Part shown: positions 17,989 through 26,882 of the stretch, one piece after another
Layout of the letters: each line of letters opens with the position of its first letter
Position numbering within the stretch: position 1 is the stretch's first letter
Sequence record: MH243438.1
Strand: one strand, 5' to 3'
Length of the DNA stretch: 64,000 nt
Origin: Escherichia phage vB_EcoM_NBG1
Translations under genes and position numbers: made by a program
Notes under the pieces: generated by a model
Seen by the model: only the letters and a program-made list of their open reading frames with translations
The model's database searches: none
Told to the model about the DNA's origin: nothing

Positions 17989-18938
17989 TATAAAACCTCA
18001 ATGGCATTTCGTAAACCATCCGCTTTCGCATTCAGAGCTTTTAACGATTTAGTTTGTTCTTTAATCTGAGCTTCGACTTCTTTCAGACGAGATTTGAGAT
18101 ATTCACGTTCTTCGGCCATAATATCTACCTTTTCTGCTTTAGGTTCTTTAATAGGCTTAGGCTTATACGTATTAGGGTTCTTCAACTTAATTTGAATGCG
18201 AGAACTGAATAACATCGAACCGTTATCTTCGGTTTCATCATGCATTTCTACCACGTCCATGATTCTTAACATCATGCGAAGTTTATAAGACAGCGAACGA
18301 ACGGTTTTATTGTGCTTCTTAATTTCTTCAGCTTTCATGGTGCCGAGATTACGTGAGTAATAATAAGGAACCTGAATATCAATTGATAATGATGCAGTAC
18401 CATTACCGGTTGGTTTGAACACTGCAGTAACCCAATCTTTAGCATGAACTGTATTTGTACGATCATCGCCGCCTGTGAATAATTTACGAGAATGTTTAAA
18501 AAGCATATTCACTTGGTTATTGAATTCACAAGCAAATTTATCAGCAAATTTAGTTTCAGGAATGGTAGATAACCAATCAGCCAAATGAGTCTTTTTAACA
18601 TCATTAACAATAGTGAATTCAACCAAATCGGTTTTAGATGTCACAGATTTAATAAAGCTCGGCTTCATAAAGTTTTTAATGTTATCGCGAGCTACAGTAG
18701 AAGATAATAAACGAGAACGTTTGAACCATTGAAGCAGTGTCCCTAATGAATGAGAATATGCATTTTGAGTATCTTTACAGATATGATTTTCTTGGCCTAT
18801 GTATGTACCAAAATCTCGAAGAATACCACTTACTACATCTCGGTGTGGAACATCAAATCCTAGTGCACCAGAAGCACGTTGGGCATGAACGTTAGCGATA
18901 AGACCTGCAAAGTATTCAATGTAATGTGAACGTGTCAT
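17988..18938 (-). CDS. hypothetical protein with C-terminal coiled coil (316 aa)
   Basis: ~250-aa globular part then heptad-rich tail EEREYLKSRLKEVEAQIKEQTKSLKALNAKADGLRNAIEVL. Confidence 0.6.
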   Translation of the reverse strand: MTRSHYIEYFAGLIANVHAQRASGALGFDVPHRDVVSGILRDFGTYIGQENHICKDTQNAYSHSLGTLLQWFKRSRLLSSTVARDNIKNFMKPSFIKSVTSKTDLVEFTIVNDVKKTHLADWLSTIPETKFADKFACEFNNQVNMLFKHSRKLFTGGDDRTNTVHAKDWVTAVFKPTGNGTASLSIDIQVPYYYSRNLGTMKAEEIKKHNKTVRSLSYKLRMMLRIMDVVEMHDETEDNGSMLFSSRIQIKLKNPNTYKPKPIKEPKAEKVDIMAEEREYLKSRLKEVEAQIKEQTKSLKALNAKADGLRNAIEVL

Positions 18939-18966
18939 AATATTTTCCTCTCGTTAAGATAAATTC

Positions 18967-18996
18967 ATTATACTCCAACCATCCTTGGTTGTAAAC
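18967..18996 (-). promoter_or_regulatory. Early promoter with spacer hairpin
   Basis: Minus strand GTTTAC -35, 18-nt spacer containing CAACCA-AGGA-TGGTTG hairpin, TATAAT -10. Confidence 0.5.
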
Positions 18997-19000
18997 TATT

Positions 19001-19960
19001 TTATGATTTTAATGCATTCATTGCGTTAAAAAGTTTAGAATACTGCAACTGGAGATTCGTTACAACACTTTGAGCATCACGAAGCTTAGCTTGTGCTTTG
19101 TCAAGTTCAACAGACAGTTGGTCCATAGTGGCCTTGATTTGATTGTAATGGTAATCTTCGGCCGGAAGAAGGTCATTAGAAACATTTAGTTTTACTGCAG
19201 ACAGTTTGCACACATTTGGCAAACCTTTAAACATTGATTTAGCCGAAGTAGAATAAGCACTTAGGACTTCGGCTTGTTCAATTGGGGTCCCAGTAAGCGA
19301 TGCTTCAAACAATGCATTTTCCTTTTTAAGATTTTGATAGTATTCAGAGTCTTTGTGCCACCATGGCGCAGGAACCTTTTTACCAATAGATACACGAGCC
19401 TGGATAGCGATATTGCCCTTATTCTTGATAGGGTCGATAATATTAAGCTCACGAGAATAAATTGCTTTAATCTGGTGAATATTATCACCTAAAACTTCCA
19501 ACGCTTGGTGGAATACACGAGCAACGTTATCATTCTTAGGTTTATACGTGAGAGTGAACTCGTTCTCACTGATAACCATGATTTCCAACTTATCGTAAGT
19601 ATATTTCAAATGTTTCATGTTAATTGCTTGAGGACGAATACGAGAAGCAATGGCCATCAGATTGTTAAGGTTATTCCGGAACTGCTTAGCGAAATATTGT
19701 CCTTCACCGCCAATACAAAAATTACGAAGTTTCTGTTTGGCCAATAAACGGCTGAACTCGCCATTTTTAATGAACTCTTTAACGGGTGTGTTAGTAACGC
19801 ATTCAAATTGAGTAAACTTACGAGAATTAATCCCATAATACGAACAGATTTCCTCAATCTCTTCAGGAGTCTTTACAGGCATACGGATAGGATTAGGTCC
19901 TGGAGTATATGCGTTCGAGGTAAATTCTTTGATAAGTTCTCTACGTGTAATAAAAGCCAT
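19001..19960 (-). CDS. hypothetical protein with C-terminal coiled coil (319 aa)
   Basis: Same architecture as neighbours. Confidence 0.6.
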   Translation of the reverse strand: MAFITRRELIKEFTSNAYTPGPNPIRMPVKTPEEIEEICSYYGINSRKFTQFECVTNTPVKEFIKNGEFSRLLAKQKLRNFCIGGEGQYFAKQFRNNLNNLMAIASRIRPQAINMKHLKYTYDKLEIMVISENEFTLTYKPKNDNVARVFHQALEVLGDNIHQIKAIYSRELNIIDPIKNKGNIAIQARVSIGKKVPAPWWHKDSEYYQNLKKENALFEASLTGTPIEQAEVLSAYSTSAKSMFKGLPNVCKLSAVKLNVSNDLLPAEDYHYNQIKATMDQLSVELDKAQAKLRDAQSVVTNLQLQYSKLFNAMNALKS

Positions 19961-19986
19961 TTTATATTCCTCATGTTGAAAAATTT

Positions 19987-20016
19987 ATTATACTCCAACC
20001 ATCCTTGGTTGTACAT
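19987..20016 (-). promoter_or_regulatory. Early promoter with spacer hairpin (copy of 18967-18996 core)
   Basis: 24 bp identical to 18968-18993 (ttatactccaaccatccttggttgta); -35 variant ATGTAC. Confidence 0.45.
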
Positions 20017-21011
20017 CATTCCTTAAGAAGTTTTACTACTTGAATAAGATTAGCTCGTTCTGTTTTATTTTTACCATTTAAGCCTGCTAATCGTGAGATT
20101 TCATCGTCAGTCTGTTGAATAGTTACATTAAGTTCGTTAATCAAAGCTTCAAAGTATTTGATTTGCTCAGCATGTTTTGATTCAAATTTCTGAACAGGAA
20201 TAACGTCTTGGTTCAGTTCATCAATAAGGTCTTTAAGAGCATCTTCTTGGTTGATATCATATTCAACTTCTTTTATTTCTTCAACGAGCTCGTCTTTATA
20301 TCTAACGTCTTTTAGTCCTGGTGCTGGTCCTGAAATCTCTTCTTTAAGAGTACAAACATATCCAATACGGTATCCAATGCCGTCTCGCTTGATATCAACT
20401 TCGTCGATAAATCCACAATGTTTAAGCCCGGAGCCGATTATGTCAAAATATCCTTGACGTCGTCCTTCAAACGTTACACGAACTACTAAGACAGTTTTAC
20501 CTGCAACCTTTTGAAGCTCACATTTATAAAAGTCAGTTGAACCTGAATAACGTGGATTAGTTTTAAAGTTCATCTGACGATCTAGGCCCATTTGTAAGCG
20601 TGCTGTTACGGCCATAAAACGTGTTTGGTTCTCGTTAAGATGAGCAACAATCCATTTCAAAGGCATTTTACACTGTTCACGGCCGAACAAATCAGTACGT
20701 CCTAAATTACGCAGGATATTGTTAGAGTTAATCATCGACAGAACGTTAAGTTTATTCAGCGCGCTGAAGATTCCATCGGCCATTGATTTTCCGTAACCTT
20801 TACACGCTTTAATAAGTGCTCGCGGTAGATTAGTATAGATTTCAGACGGCATATGAAAATCAAATTTACTAACCAGTAATTGATGAACTTGGATAGCAAT
20901 TTGTTCATAATTAAGTGCTCTGCGATCATTATGGTCTTTAAACCACACTTTAATCTGTGAAGCACATAAACCGTTAATTTCATGTTTTACCGCATCAGAT
21001 GTAATGCTCAT
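20016..21011 (-). CDS. hypothetical protein with C-terminal coiled coil (331 aa)
   Basis: Globular N-terminal part plus acidic coiled-coil tail. Confidence 0.6.
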   Translation of the reverse strand: MSITSDAVKHEINGLCASQIKVWFKDHNDRRALNYEQIAIQVHQLLVSKFDFHMPSEIYTNLPRALIKACKGYGKSMADGIFSALNKLNVLSMINSNNILRNLGRTDLFGREQCKMPLKWIVAHLNENQTRFMAVTARLQMGLDRQMNFKTNPRYSGSTDFYKCELQKVAGKTVLVVRVTFEGRRQGYFDIIGSGLKHCGFIDEVDIKRDGIGYRIGYVCTLKEEISGPAPGLKDVRYKDELVEEIKEVEYDINQEDALKDLIDELNQDVIPVQKFESKHAEQIKYFEALINELNVTIQQTDDEISRLAGLNGKNKTERANLIQVVKLLKE

Positions 21012-21073
21012 AACTATTTCCTCAGATTGAATTGGAACTCAAAACCATTATAACCCGTCCTTGGGTAAAGCGT

Positions 21074-21601
21074 TTATGCGTGAACCGTCTTTAAACGTTC
21101 TTCAAATTTCCGAAGAGTACTAATACGTTCTGCTTTCTGTTTTGTATAGTTTGCAATACGTTCTGAAGTGAGAGCGTATCGTTCGTTTACTGTTTCTTTC
21201 ATGAAGTCAGGGATTTCACGAGAAGCTTTAATTTCATCAAACTTATCGAGTACTGCCTGGTCTTCAGCAATTAAATTTTCGTACATCTCGATATCTTTCT
21301 TGATGAAGTCGATATCTTCCTGGGTTACTTTGGATAAACGAGATGCTTTATCCTTTTTGTACTGCTCGTTAGTTTCACGAGACCAGAATAATGTACGTTT
21401 TTTGTTAGTGTTTTTGTAGACTTCCACAATTCCAACTGAATCGATGATAACAATCCAATTCCAGCGAGATTTGAAAATCTGACCTCCGTCCACGGTAATC
21501 TCGTTACCATAAGCAATGTCATTAAAGAACTTACTTTGTGCTTCAGATTTAAATTTACCGTCGTTATAATTTACCAGGTTGAAAATATCTTTAGCGTTCA
21601 T
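21074..21601 (-). CDS. hypothetical protein
   Basis: 175 aa; GGAGG Shine-Dalgarno. Confidence 0.55.
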   Translation of the reverse strand: MNAKDIFNLVNYNDGKFKSEAQSKFFNDIAYGNEITVDGGQIFKSRWNWIVIIDSVGIVEVYKNTNKKRTLFWSRETNEQYKKDKASRLSKVTQEDIDFIKKDIEMYENLIAEDQAVLDKFDEIKASREIPDFMKETVNERYALTSERIANYTKQKAERISTLRKFEERLKTVHA

Positions 21602-21628
21602 GTTTTACCTCCAGTAGTTGATAGGTCT

Positions 21629-21657
21629 ATAATAACATAACCATAGACCTTGTAAAC
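21629..21657 (-). promoter_or_regulatory. Early promoter with palindrome GGTCTAT...ATAGACC
   Basis: Minus strand GTTTAC, 17-nt spacer, TATTAT. Confidence 0.5.
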
Positions 21658-21659
21658 AA

Positions 21660-21947
21660 CTAAAAGAAACTTTTTTCGGTATTTTTTCCACTGAACCAAA
21701 CAGACTTCGGGATTTTTTGTAATTTTTCAGATTTAAGTTTCTCTTCCTGTTCTTTCTTATATACACCCTTGTCGTACTGGAGCATCTCTATGGCATTCTT
21801 TTGCAAACGATCTAAGGTAATTAAGGCTTTAGTTTTTCCTTTCAAGGAAGAGTCCTGGCGAACCTCCTCACTATATTGCATCGTAGAACTAACCATACGA
21901 TGAGCATACAGTTCGACTGCGGCTTTAATTTTTTGCATAAAATCCAT
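21660..21947 (-). CDS. hypothetical protein
   Basis: 95-aa ORF. Confidence 0.5.
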   Translation of the reverse strand: MDFMQKIKAAVELYAHRMVSSTMQYSEEVRQDSSLKGKTKALITLDRLQKNAIEMLQYDKGVYKKEQEEKLKSEKLQKIPKSVWFSGKNTEKSFF

Positions 21948-22084
21948 AACATATCCTCTTTGATTTGTACATCATTATTTTAAATATTTCTATGCCCTCA
22001 GTAGGTTCCTGGTGTCCTTCTTTGAGGTAAGCCATATGATTATTCATCTTTATGGCTTTTGTTACCTCAGAACTTCCTATAAGC

Positions 22085-23086
22085 TTATTTCAGTAAAGTT
22101 ACTTCAGAGATTTCCTCCCAACCATCTTTATCAGTTGAAATAAAATCTGCTACATAAAGAGCGGTACGTAATGATACATTGCGAAGACGAGATACATTAG
22201 CCTTCATCCAGGACAATGCTTTGTACGTTTCTGCATCCGTCAGGCCACGTTTCTGCATCATGTCAGTAGATAATATTACATCTTCAACTCGAACCATAAT
22301 CTCTTCATTAGAGTGTACTCCAAGGTCGAGATACACTGAACGAGATACTAAAGCTTGAAGGTGTGGAGCAAGTTTCGAACCCCGTTCTAACTCTTTATCG
22401 ATATCAACGTTTGTAATGAAAACGATAGTACCTTCAAACTCAAATTCTTTATCAATACCCTTATCCTCGAGATAAGATGACGCAGTGCTCCAACAAACTT
22501 TGCGTTTATCGCCTGTATCTAATGCTGCTTTAAGAAGGTTCAAGATGTCCATATCTGAGAATACGTCAACGTCGTCGATTAAGAGAACGCTGTCTGCATC
22601 ACGGTTGAGCCAAAGTTGTTCGTAAAGGCCAATACCAGAGATTTTACCATTAATGCTTTTGTATTTGATGAAACCATTACCATTAGCATTATTAAGTGCT
22701 TTATCCAGAGAGTACGTCTTACCAATACCGGCTGCACCTGAAATAATGAGTGAACGAATTTTGCCATCGATAATGCCATTCGTCATCATGTTCATTACTT
22801 TAAAGCGTTTGTTGATACGAGTTTTCATATCTTCAGCGCTTTCAATAACTGCAACTGGTGACGTCTCAACTCCTTCCATTACGATGTCTGATTTGAAGAC
22901 CCATACTCCACGTTCAGAACCATCAATCATAACGAAAATTTTACCATCACCTAAGTGGGAACATTCAGGATTAAGCTTTGCCGGGAACCATGTCTTTGTG
23001 GCGACATAAGAACCAGAGATTTCGTTATTACGATAGATACCTTTTTTGATTTGAACGTTGAACATTTTATTCTCCAATTTACTCAT
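22085..23086 (-). CDS. P-loop NTPase (AAA-like) of unknown function
   Basis: Walker A GAAGIGKT, Walker B VLLIDDVD, sensor-like FITN; ~110-aa N-terminal extra domain. Confidence 0.6.
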   Translation of the reverse strand: MSKLENKMFNVQIKKGIYRNNEISGSYVATKTWFPAKLNPECSHLGDGKIFVMIDGSERGVWVFKSDIVMEGVETSPVAVIESAEDMKTRINKRFKVMNMMTNGIIDGKIRSLIISGAAGIGKTYSLDKALNNANGNGFIKYKSINGKISGIGLYEQLWLNRDADSVLLIDDVDVFSDMDILNLLKAALDTGDKRKVCWSTASSYLEDKGIDKEFEFEGTIVFITNVDIDKELERGSKLAPHLQALVSRSVYLDLGVHSNEEIMVRVEDVILSTDMMQKRGLTDAETYKALSWMKANVSRLRNVSLRTALYVADFISTDKDGWEEISEVTLLK

Positions 23087-23184
23087 TTCGTTTCGATAGG
23101 TCTATAATAACATATCCTAAAAGCATGTACACTACTTTTTTAAAAATATTTTAACCCCCTAAAGGGACCCGAAGGTCCTCGCAT

Positions 23185-23451
23185 TTACTTATCGCACTTA
23201 GCAACATAATTAGGCATATCACAGAATACGGAGCGAGTAACTATTCGTCCCTTTGACCATGCTTCAGTTGCTTGTCCGGCCGTGCTATTAATATAGCTTG
23301 ATTTGATATTCTCAATACCCTGAGAATGTGATGCATTTACCGAACCGTTGGAAGGCCCAGAAGACTGGTTACCACCAGCTCCTGTACCTGTGGTAGCACC
23401 AACAGAGAATGCCATCATTACTGCGAATAAACCAATTACTAATTTTTTCAT
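23185..23451 (-). CDS. small secreted protein
   Basis: 88 aa, N-terminal signal-like MKKLVIGLFAVMMAFSVGA, Gly/Ser-rich. Confidence 0.5.
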   Translation of the reverse strand: MKKLVIGLFAVMMAFSVGATTGTGAGGNQSSGPSNGSVNASHSQGIENIKSSYINSTAGQATEAWSKGRIVTRSVFCDMPNYVAKCDK

Positions 23452-23482
23452 ATTTACCTCAAGTTAAGAGTTATTTATCTAC

Positions 23483-24472
23483 TTATTTATAGTAAGAATT
23501 ATGATTTTCGAGATAGACTTGCTCAAGGAAATCATCCCAGAAACTCATATCTACTTTTTGTTGCATACCGTTCTTAGCGGCTTGTTCTGATGCTTGTTCT
23601 ACCTGGTCAACAATGACTTCCAGGAATTCTTGTACAGTTTTAAACGTATGTTTACCAAGCTTAACATCGAGAATAAATGGAGCATCCTGAAGTGGGTAAA
23701 CCAAGTCACCGGTTTTGTAAATTTCCAATAATTGAAGTCCACCACGACATGCATGACTCAATGCTTTCCAGTCAATACCTTCGTTAGCTTCTGCCTTACG
23801 AGCACGTTCACCATAGTTCTCTTCCAGTTTAACCAGGATGGCATTGAACTCTTTATTGGTTAACGTATCTTGGAATTTACGGTCTAACAGATTATAGAAT
23901 GTTTGCTTACCTGTTTTCTCGTTTTCGGTTTCAATCCACGAAGCAAATTCACCTACAGGCAGAACATTCTTCATATGTGATAAACGAATTACTGCGCCAT
24001 TATCAAAGTATTGTCCCCATTCATTAGAACGTTTAAGGGCTTGACGAAGAACAGCCAGTCGAGAACCCTTGACACCGTATTTAGAAGCTTGCTTACGGAC
24101 ATACCCCAAATAAGATTTCATGTTAGTGGTATAGAAACGAGACCTGTTATCTTGAATATACTTCCACACGTCAGGCAAATCAGATTTAACCACTAGACTT
24201 GGTGGAGTGTGAAGCATATCTAATGCGACAGTTTCACCATCCGCAGCTAGTTTAAAGAAATATTTGAGACTATACAACTCATGGTCCACGTCGTCTTTTG
24301 TGTTCTTAGAAGATGTGTTATTCGTGTTCTTGCTCATGTGTTCTTTAACGTTACCGGTCAAGATATCACGAGCATGAGGGACATAAATTTCTTTAAAATC
24401 GACGTCAGATTCAGGAGTAGACGTTCCATAAAGGTGGCTACCAAAGTAGCCTTTCATAATTGTTTTCATCAT
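23483..24472 (-). CDS. Nucleotidyltransferase-fold protein (Pol-beta superfamily)
   Basis: N-terminal GSHLYGTSTPESDVDF (GS-x9-SDxD) plus downstream acidic residues; ~250-aa helical C-terminal part. Confidence 0.55.
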   Translation of the reverse strand: MMKTIMKGYFGSHLYGTSTPESDVDFKEIYVPHARDILTGNVKEHMSKNTNNTSSKNTKDDVDHELYSLKYFFKLAADGETVALDMLHTPPSLVVKSDLPDVWKYIQDNRSRFYTTNMKSYLGYVRKQASKYGVKGSRLAVLRQALKRSNEWGQYFDNGAVIRLSHMKNVLPVGEFASWIETENEKTGKQTFYNLLDRKFQDTLTNKEFNAILVKLEENYGERARKAEANEGIDWKALSHACRGGLQLLEIYKTGDLVYPLQDAPFILDVKLGKHTFKTVQEFLEVIVDQVEQASEQAAKNGMQQKVDMSFWDDFLEQVYLENHNSYYK

Positions 24473-24942
24473 TTAGCCTTATATTCAAGAGTAGGACAGA
24501 CTTTTTCTTTACGAGCTTTAAGGTATTCGCCTATTAATGATTTCTTACGTTCAATAGGCTCAAGTCCATTTTTAATTCGTTCTTGGTTTTGCGCAATGAG
24601 CTCAATTTCTTTATAATATTTTCTGTCGTTATATTTGTCTAACAGCCAAGACGGACCAATTACCAACCCGGTAGCAATAAAAGCCATGACTGCTACAATT
24701 AAAATGCCCACACCAATTGAGGCCGGAACTAATGTCCATAGACTGCTAAAAACAAAGAATTTAGTTAAAATTTCCTGGCCAATGATTGTGACTGCTGCTA
24801 AAATCGCAAATCCAATAATTGAAGCAGCCAATACCGGGATTAACGTTTTCCAAAAATAAGCACACAACGTTTTCGGACGATTCCATGTACTATTGAACGC
24901 GGCATAAATTTTAAAGTGCCAAGAGTTTTCATTGATAATCAT
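24469..24942 (-). CDS. membrane protein (about 3 TM helices)
   Basis: 157 aa; stop overlaps start of NTase gene by 4 nt. Confidence 0.5.
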   Translation of the reverse strand: MIINENSWHFKIYAAFNSTWNRPKTLCAYFWKTLIPVLAASIIGFAILAAVTIIGQEILTKFFVFSSLWTLVPASIGVGILIVAVMAFIATGLVIGPSWLLDKYNDRKYYKEIELIAQNQERIKNGLEPIERKKSLIGEYLKARKEKVCPTLEYKAK

Positions 24943-24951
24943 AATAATTCC

Positions 24952-25482
24952 TTATTTCAAAGTTGGGATAATAGAATCGAGATAAGCTTTAAGAGCAACT
25001 GCTTCATCTTTGTCTAATGTAATGATATGCTGACGAAGGTCATCAATTTGGCGAATAACTACGACATCACCGTCTTCATAAGAAGGATTAACGCCTAGGA
25101 CTGTTGTATAGTCAGGGCGGTCCTGATTTGTAATAAAAGCATTACGGCATTTAGCCCATTGAAGTTTGGCCTTTTTGGCAGTTTCAGATTCTATGAATTC
25201 TTTCACCTTAGTGACGAATGTTTTCCAATTATTGATAGAAAGGCATTCATCTTCTGTTTCGATATTAACCCCACTATAAAGACCGTGATAAAAACGAACT
25301 TGAAGGTCTTCATCAATGTTAATTACAGATGCATGGCCGGGCGGATTGAGTTTCAAAATCTTGTCCAGTTCCATAGGAAGAATAGTAACAGCATCATCTT
25401 CTTGTGTCAGAACGTAAGCATAACCACGTTTTTCGATACATAAATCGCCAAACAACTCGGTTGTTTCAATTACAGTTTTCAT
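24952..25482 (-). CDS. hypothetical protein
   Basis: Track ORF begins at TTG; likely ATG start MKTVIETTELF at 25482. Confidence 0.5.
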   Translation of the reverse strand: MKTVIETTELFGDLCIEKRGYAYVLTQEDDAVTILPMELDKILKLNPPGHASVINIDEDLQVRFYHGLYSGVNIETEDECLSINNWKTFVTKVKEFIESETAKKAKLQWAKCRNAFITNQDRPDYTTVLGVNPSYEDGDVVVIRQIDDLRQHIITLDKDEAVALKAYLDSIIPTLK

Positions 25483-25483
25483 A

Positions 25484-25663
25484 TTATTCACCAATTAAAG
25501 TTTCAACAAAATTCACCAAATCATTCAGACAAGCATCAACCTGATTTTCATAAAAGTCTTCGTTATCATTTACTGCATGATAAGCTACATCATTCAAATC
25601 TGAATCGGCTTCACGTAAGTTACGGATAAGTTCCATCAATTTATTAGCTTGTTCACGGGTCAT
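25484..25663 (-). CDS. small hypothetical protein (59 aa)
   Basis: Hand-translated MTREQANKLMELIRNLREADSDLNDVAYHAV... Confidence 0.35.
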   Translation of the reverse strand: MTREQANKLMELIRNLREADSDLNDVAYHAVNDNEDFYENQVDACLNDLVNFVETLIGE

Positions 25664-25827
25664 TTTACCATACTCGTTTCAATAAGATTCACTATGCCGT
25701 TTACCATGTTATAAGTAAACATCGGATAATTGTATTGTACTACAACATAAGAGATAAGCAAAAGTTTCATTTTGTTCTCCGTTCGTTTTGGTAGGACTAC
25801 TATAACATAATCCTACCAAGATGTAAA

Positions 25828-26061
25828 CTACCGATTGTGTTTTAAATGTTGATAAAGTTCTTCAACTTGTTTAGGGTCCAAAACAATTAGGTCATTTTCT
25901 TGACGAAGATAAATCCATCCCTTATCCCCAGGTCCATTTTTACAAAACATCACCACCATATCATCATCTTCAGCGCTTTCAGGTAAAAGTTCAAGTACAC
26001 CGTCTTCAGATTTTCCAGTATAATCGTAAAGCATAATATCCTCACATAATCTCGTTAACAT
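25828..26061 (-). CDS. hypothetical protein
   Basis: 77-aa ORF. Confidence 0.45.
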   Translation of the reverse strand: MLTRLCEDIMLYDYTGKSEDGVLELLPESAEDDDMVVMFCKNGPGDKGWIYLRQENDLIVLDPKQVEELYQHLKHNR

Positions 26062-26221
26062 ACATTTGCAATTCGGAGTGGGCGATGGTCATCTTTTTCA
26101 TAGCTCTGTTAATGTCGATGTCTCCATCTTCGCAACCATGAGCATTTTCCCAATCAGATACCGCATTAGCGTACTCTTCAATCAAAAACATTAACTTTGA
26201 AATCTTTTCTTTACGCGTCAT
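26042..26221 (-). CDS. hypothetical protein (59 aa)
   Basis: Start reassigned to MTRKEK downstream of GAGGAG; longer track ORF would include its own promoter and terminator. Confidence 0.45.
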   Translation of the reverse strand: MTRKEKISKLMFLIEEYANAVSDWENAHGCEDGDIDINRAMKKMTIAHSELQMYVNEIM

Positions 26222-26277
26222 AATGTTCTCCTCTAGTAAGTAAGGACTACTATAACACAACCTGAGGAGAAGTAAAC
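26222..26277 (-). promoter_or_regulatory. Early promoter/Shine-Dalgarno cassette (near-copy of regB cassette)
   Basis: Minus strand GTTTAC-TTCTCCTC...TATAGT...CTAGAGGAGAACATT-ATG. Confidence 0.45.
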
Positions 26278-26285
26278 TGATAGAT

Positions 26286-26316
26286 GCCAAAAAGCCCCAA
26301 CCATAAGGAAGGGGCT
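26286..26316 (-). terminator. Rho-independent terminator downstream of rI
   Basis: Minus-strand hairpin GCCCC/GGGGC with inner CC/GG, then TTTTTGG; ~22-bp arm identical to element at 41863-41884. Confidence 0.55.
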
Positions 26317-26322
26317 AGTAAA

Positions 26323-26625
26323 TTAGATAGATGTAGGCTCTAATTTTATTTTCATGAACTCGGCAAATTGTCTGGCTGTTTTTATGCCTTGTTCATGACA
26401 TTCAAATGCATCATCACAGGGGCTATTTTTGTAATGCTTTGCCATATACTTATAGAATTTTTCAGAATTCTCGACATTTTGAATTTCAAACAAAGTATAT
26501 ACGTTTTTAATCCCTGATTCCATAAAGTTATCAAAATATGGGTCAACATATGCAGTGCCAACAATAGGAGTTGTTACTGCAAAAAACCCCAGCATCACCA
26601 TGACGGCTATCGCTCTTAAGGCCAT
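26323..26625 (-). CDS. rI: Lysis inhibition regulator RI (periplasmic antiholin)
   Basis: MALRAIAVMVMLGFFAV...YVDPYFDNFMESGIKNVY...SPCDDAFECHEQG matches T4 RI. Confidence 0.8.
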   Translation of the reverse strand: MALRAIAVMVMLGFFAVTTPIVGTAYVDPYFDNFMESGIKNVYTLFEIQNVENSEKFYKYMAKHYKNSPCDDAFECHEQGIKTARQFAEFMKIKLEPTSI

Positions 26626-26637
26626 ATAGGCCTCCTG

Positions 26638-26850
26638 TTAATTTTGGCCAGTATTTATTTTTCGCCTTTGGACGGCCTTAACATCTGCGAGGTATTTTTC
26701 CAGCTTGCGCTTGCGTGTATAATCAGCTTTAGAACCAGTTTGACGGATATCCTCGTTTAAATGAGAAATAGAATGTCCTAATTCTCTTCGGATTTCATCC
26801 AATTGGGTTACAGTAAGATTACGAAGTTGTCTTTCGTTTAATTGCTGCAT
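26638..26850 (-). CDS. hypothetical protein (rI-flanking)
   Basis: 70-aa basic ORF. Confidence 0.5.
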   Translation of the reverse strand: MQQLNERQLRNLTVTQLDEIRRELGHSISHLNEDIRQTGSKADYTRKRKLEKYLADVKAVQRRKINTGQN

Positions 26851-26874
26851 ATATACCTCTTGGTTAGATATTAG

Positions 26875-26882
26875 TATTTATA
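26875..26882 (-). promoter_or_regulatory. Late promoter TATAAATA
   Basis: Exact octamer on minus strand ~25 nt upstream of ORF 26638-26850, overlapping tk stop codon. Confidence 0.4.

Noticed and set aside
23164-23180. Hairpin GGACC-CGAA-GGTCC as a terminator
   Set aside because: No adequate U-tract on either strand; may be an RNA stability or processing hairpin.
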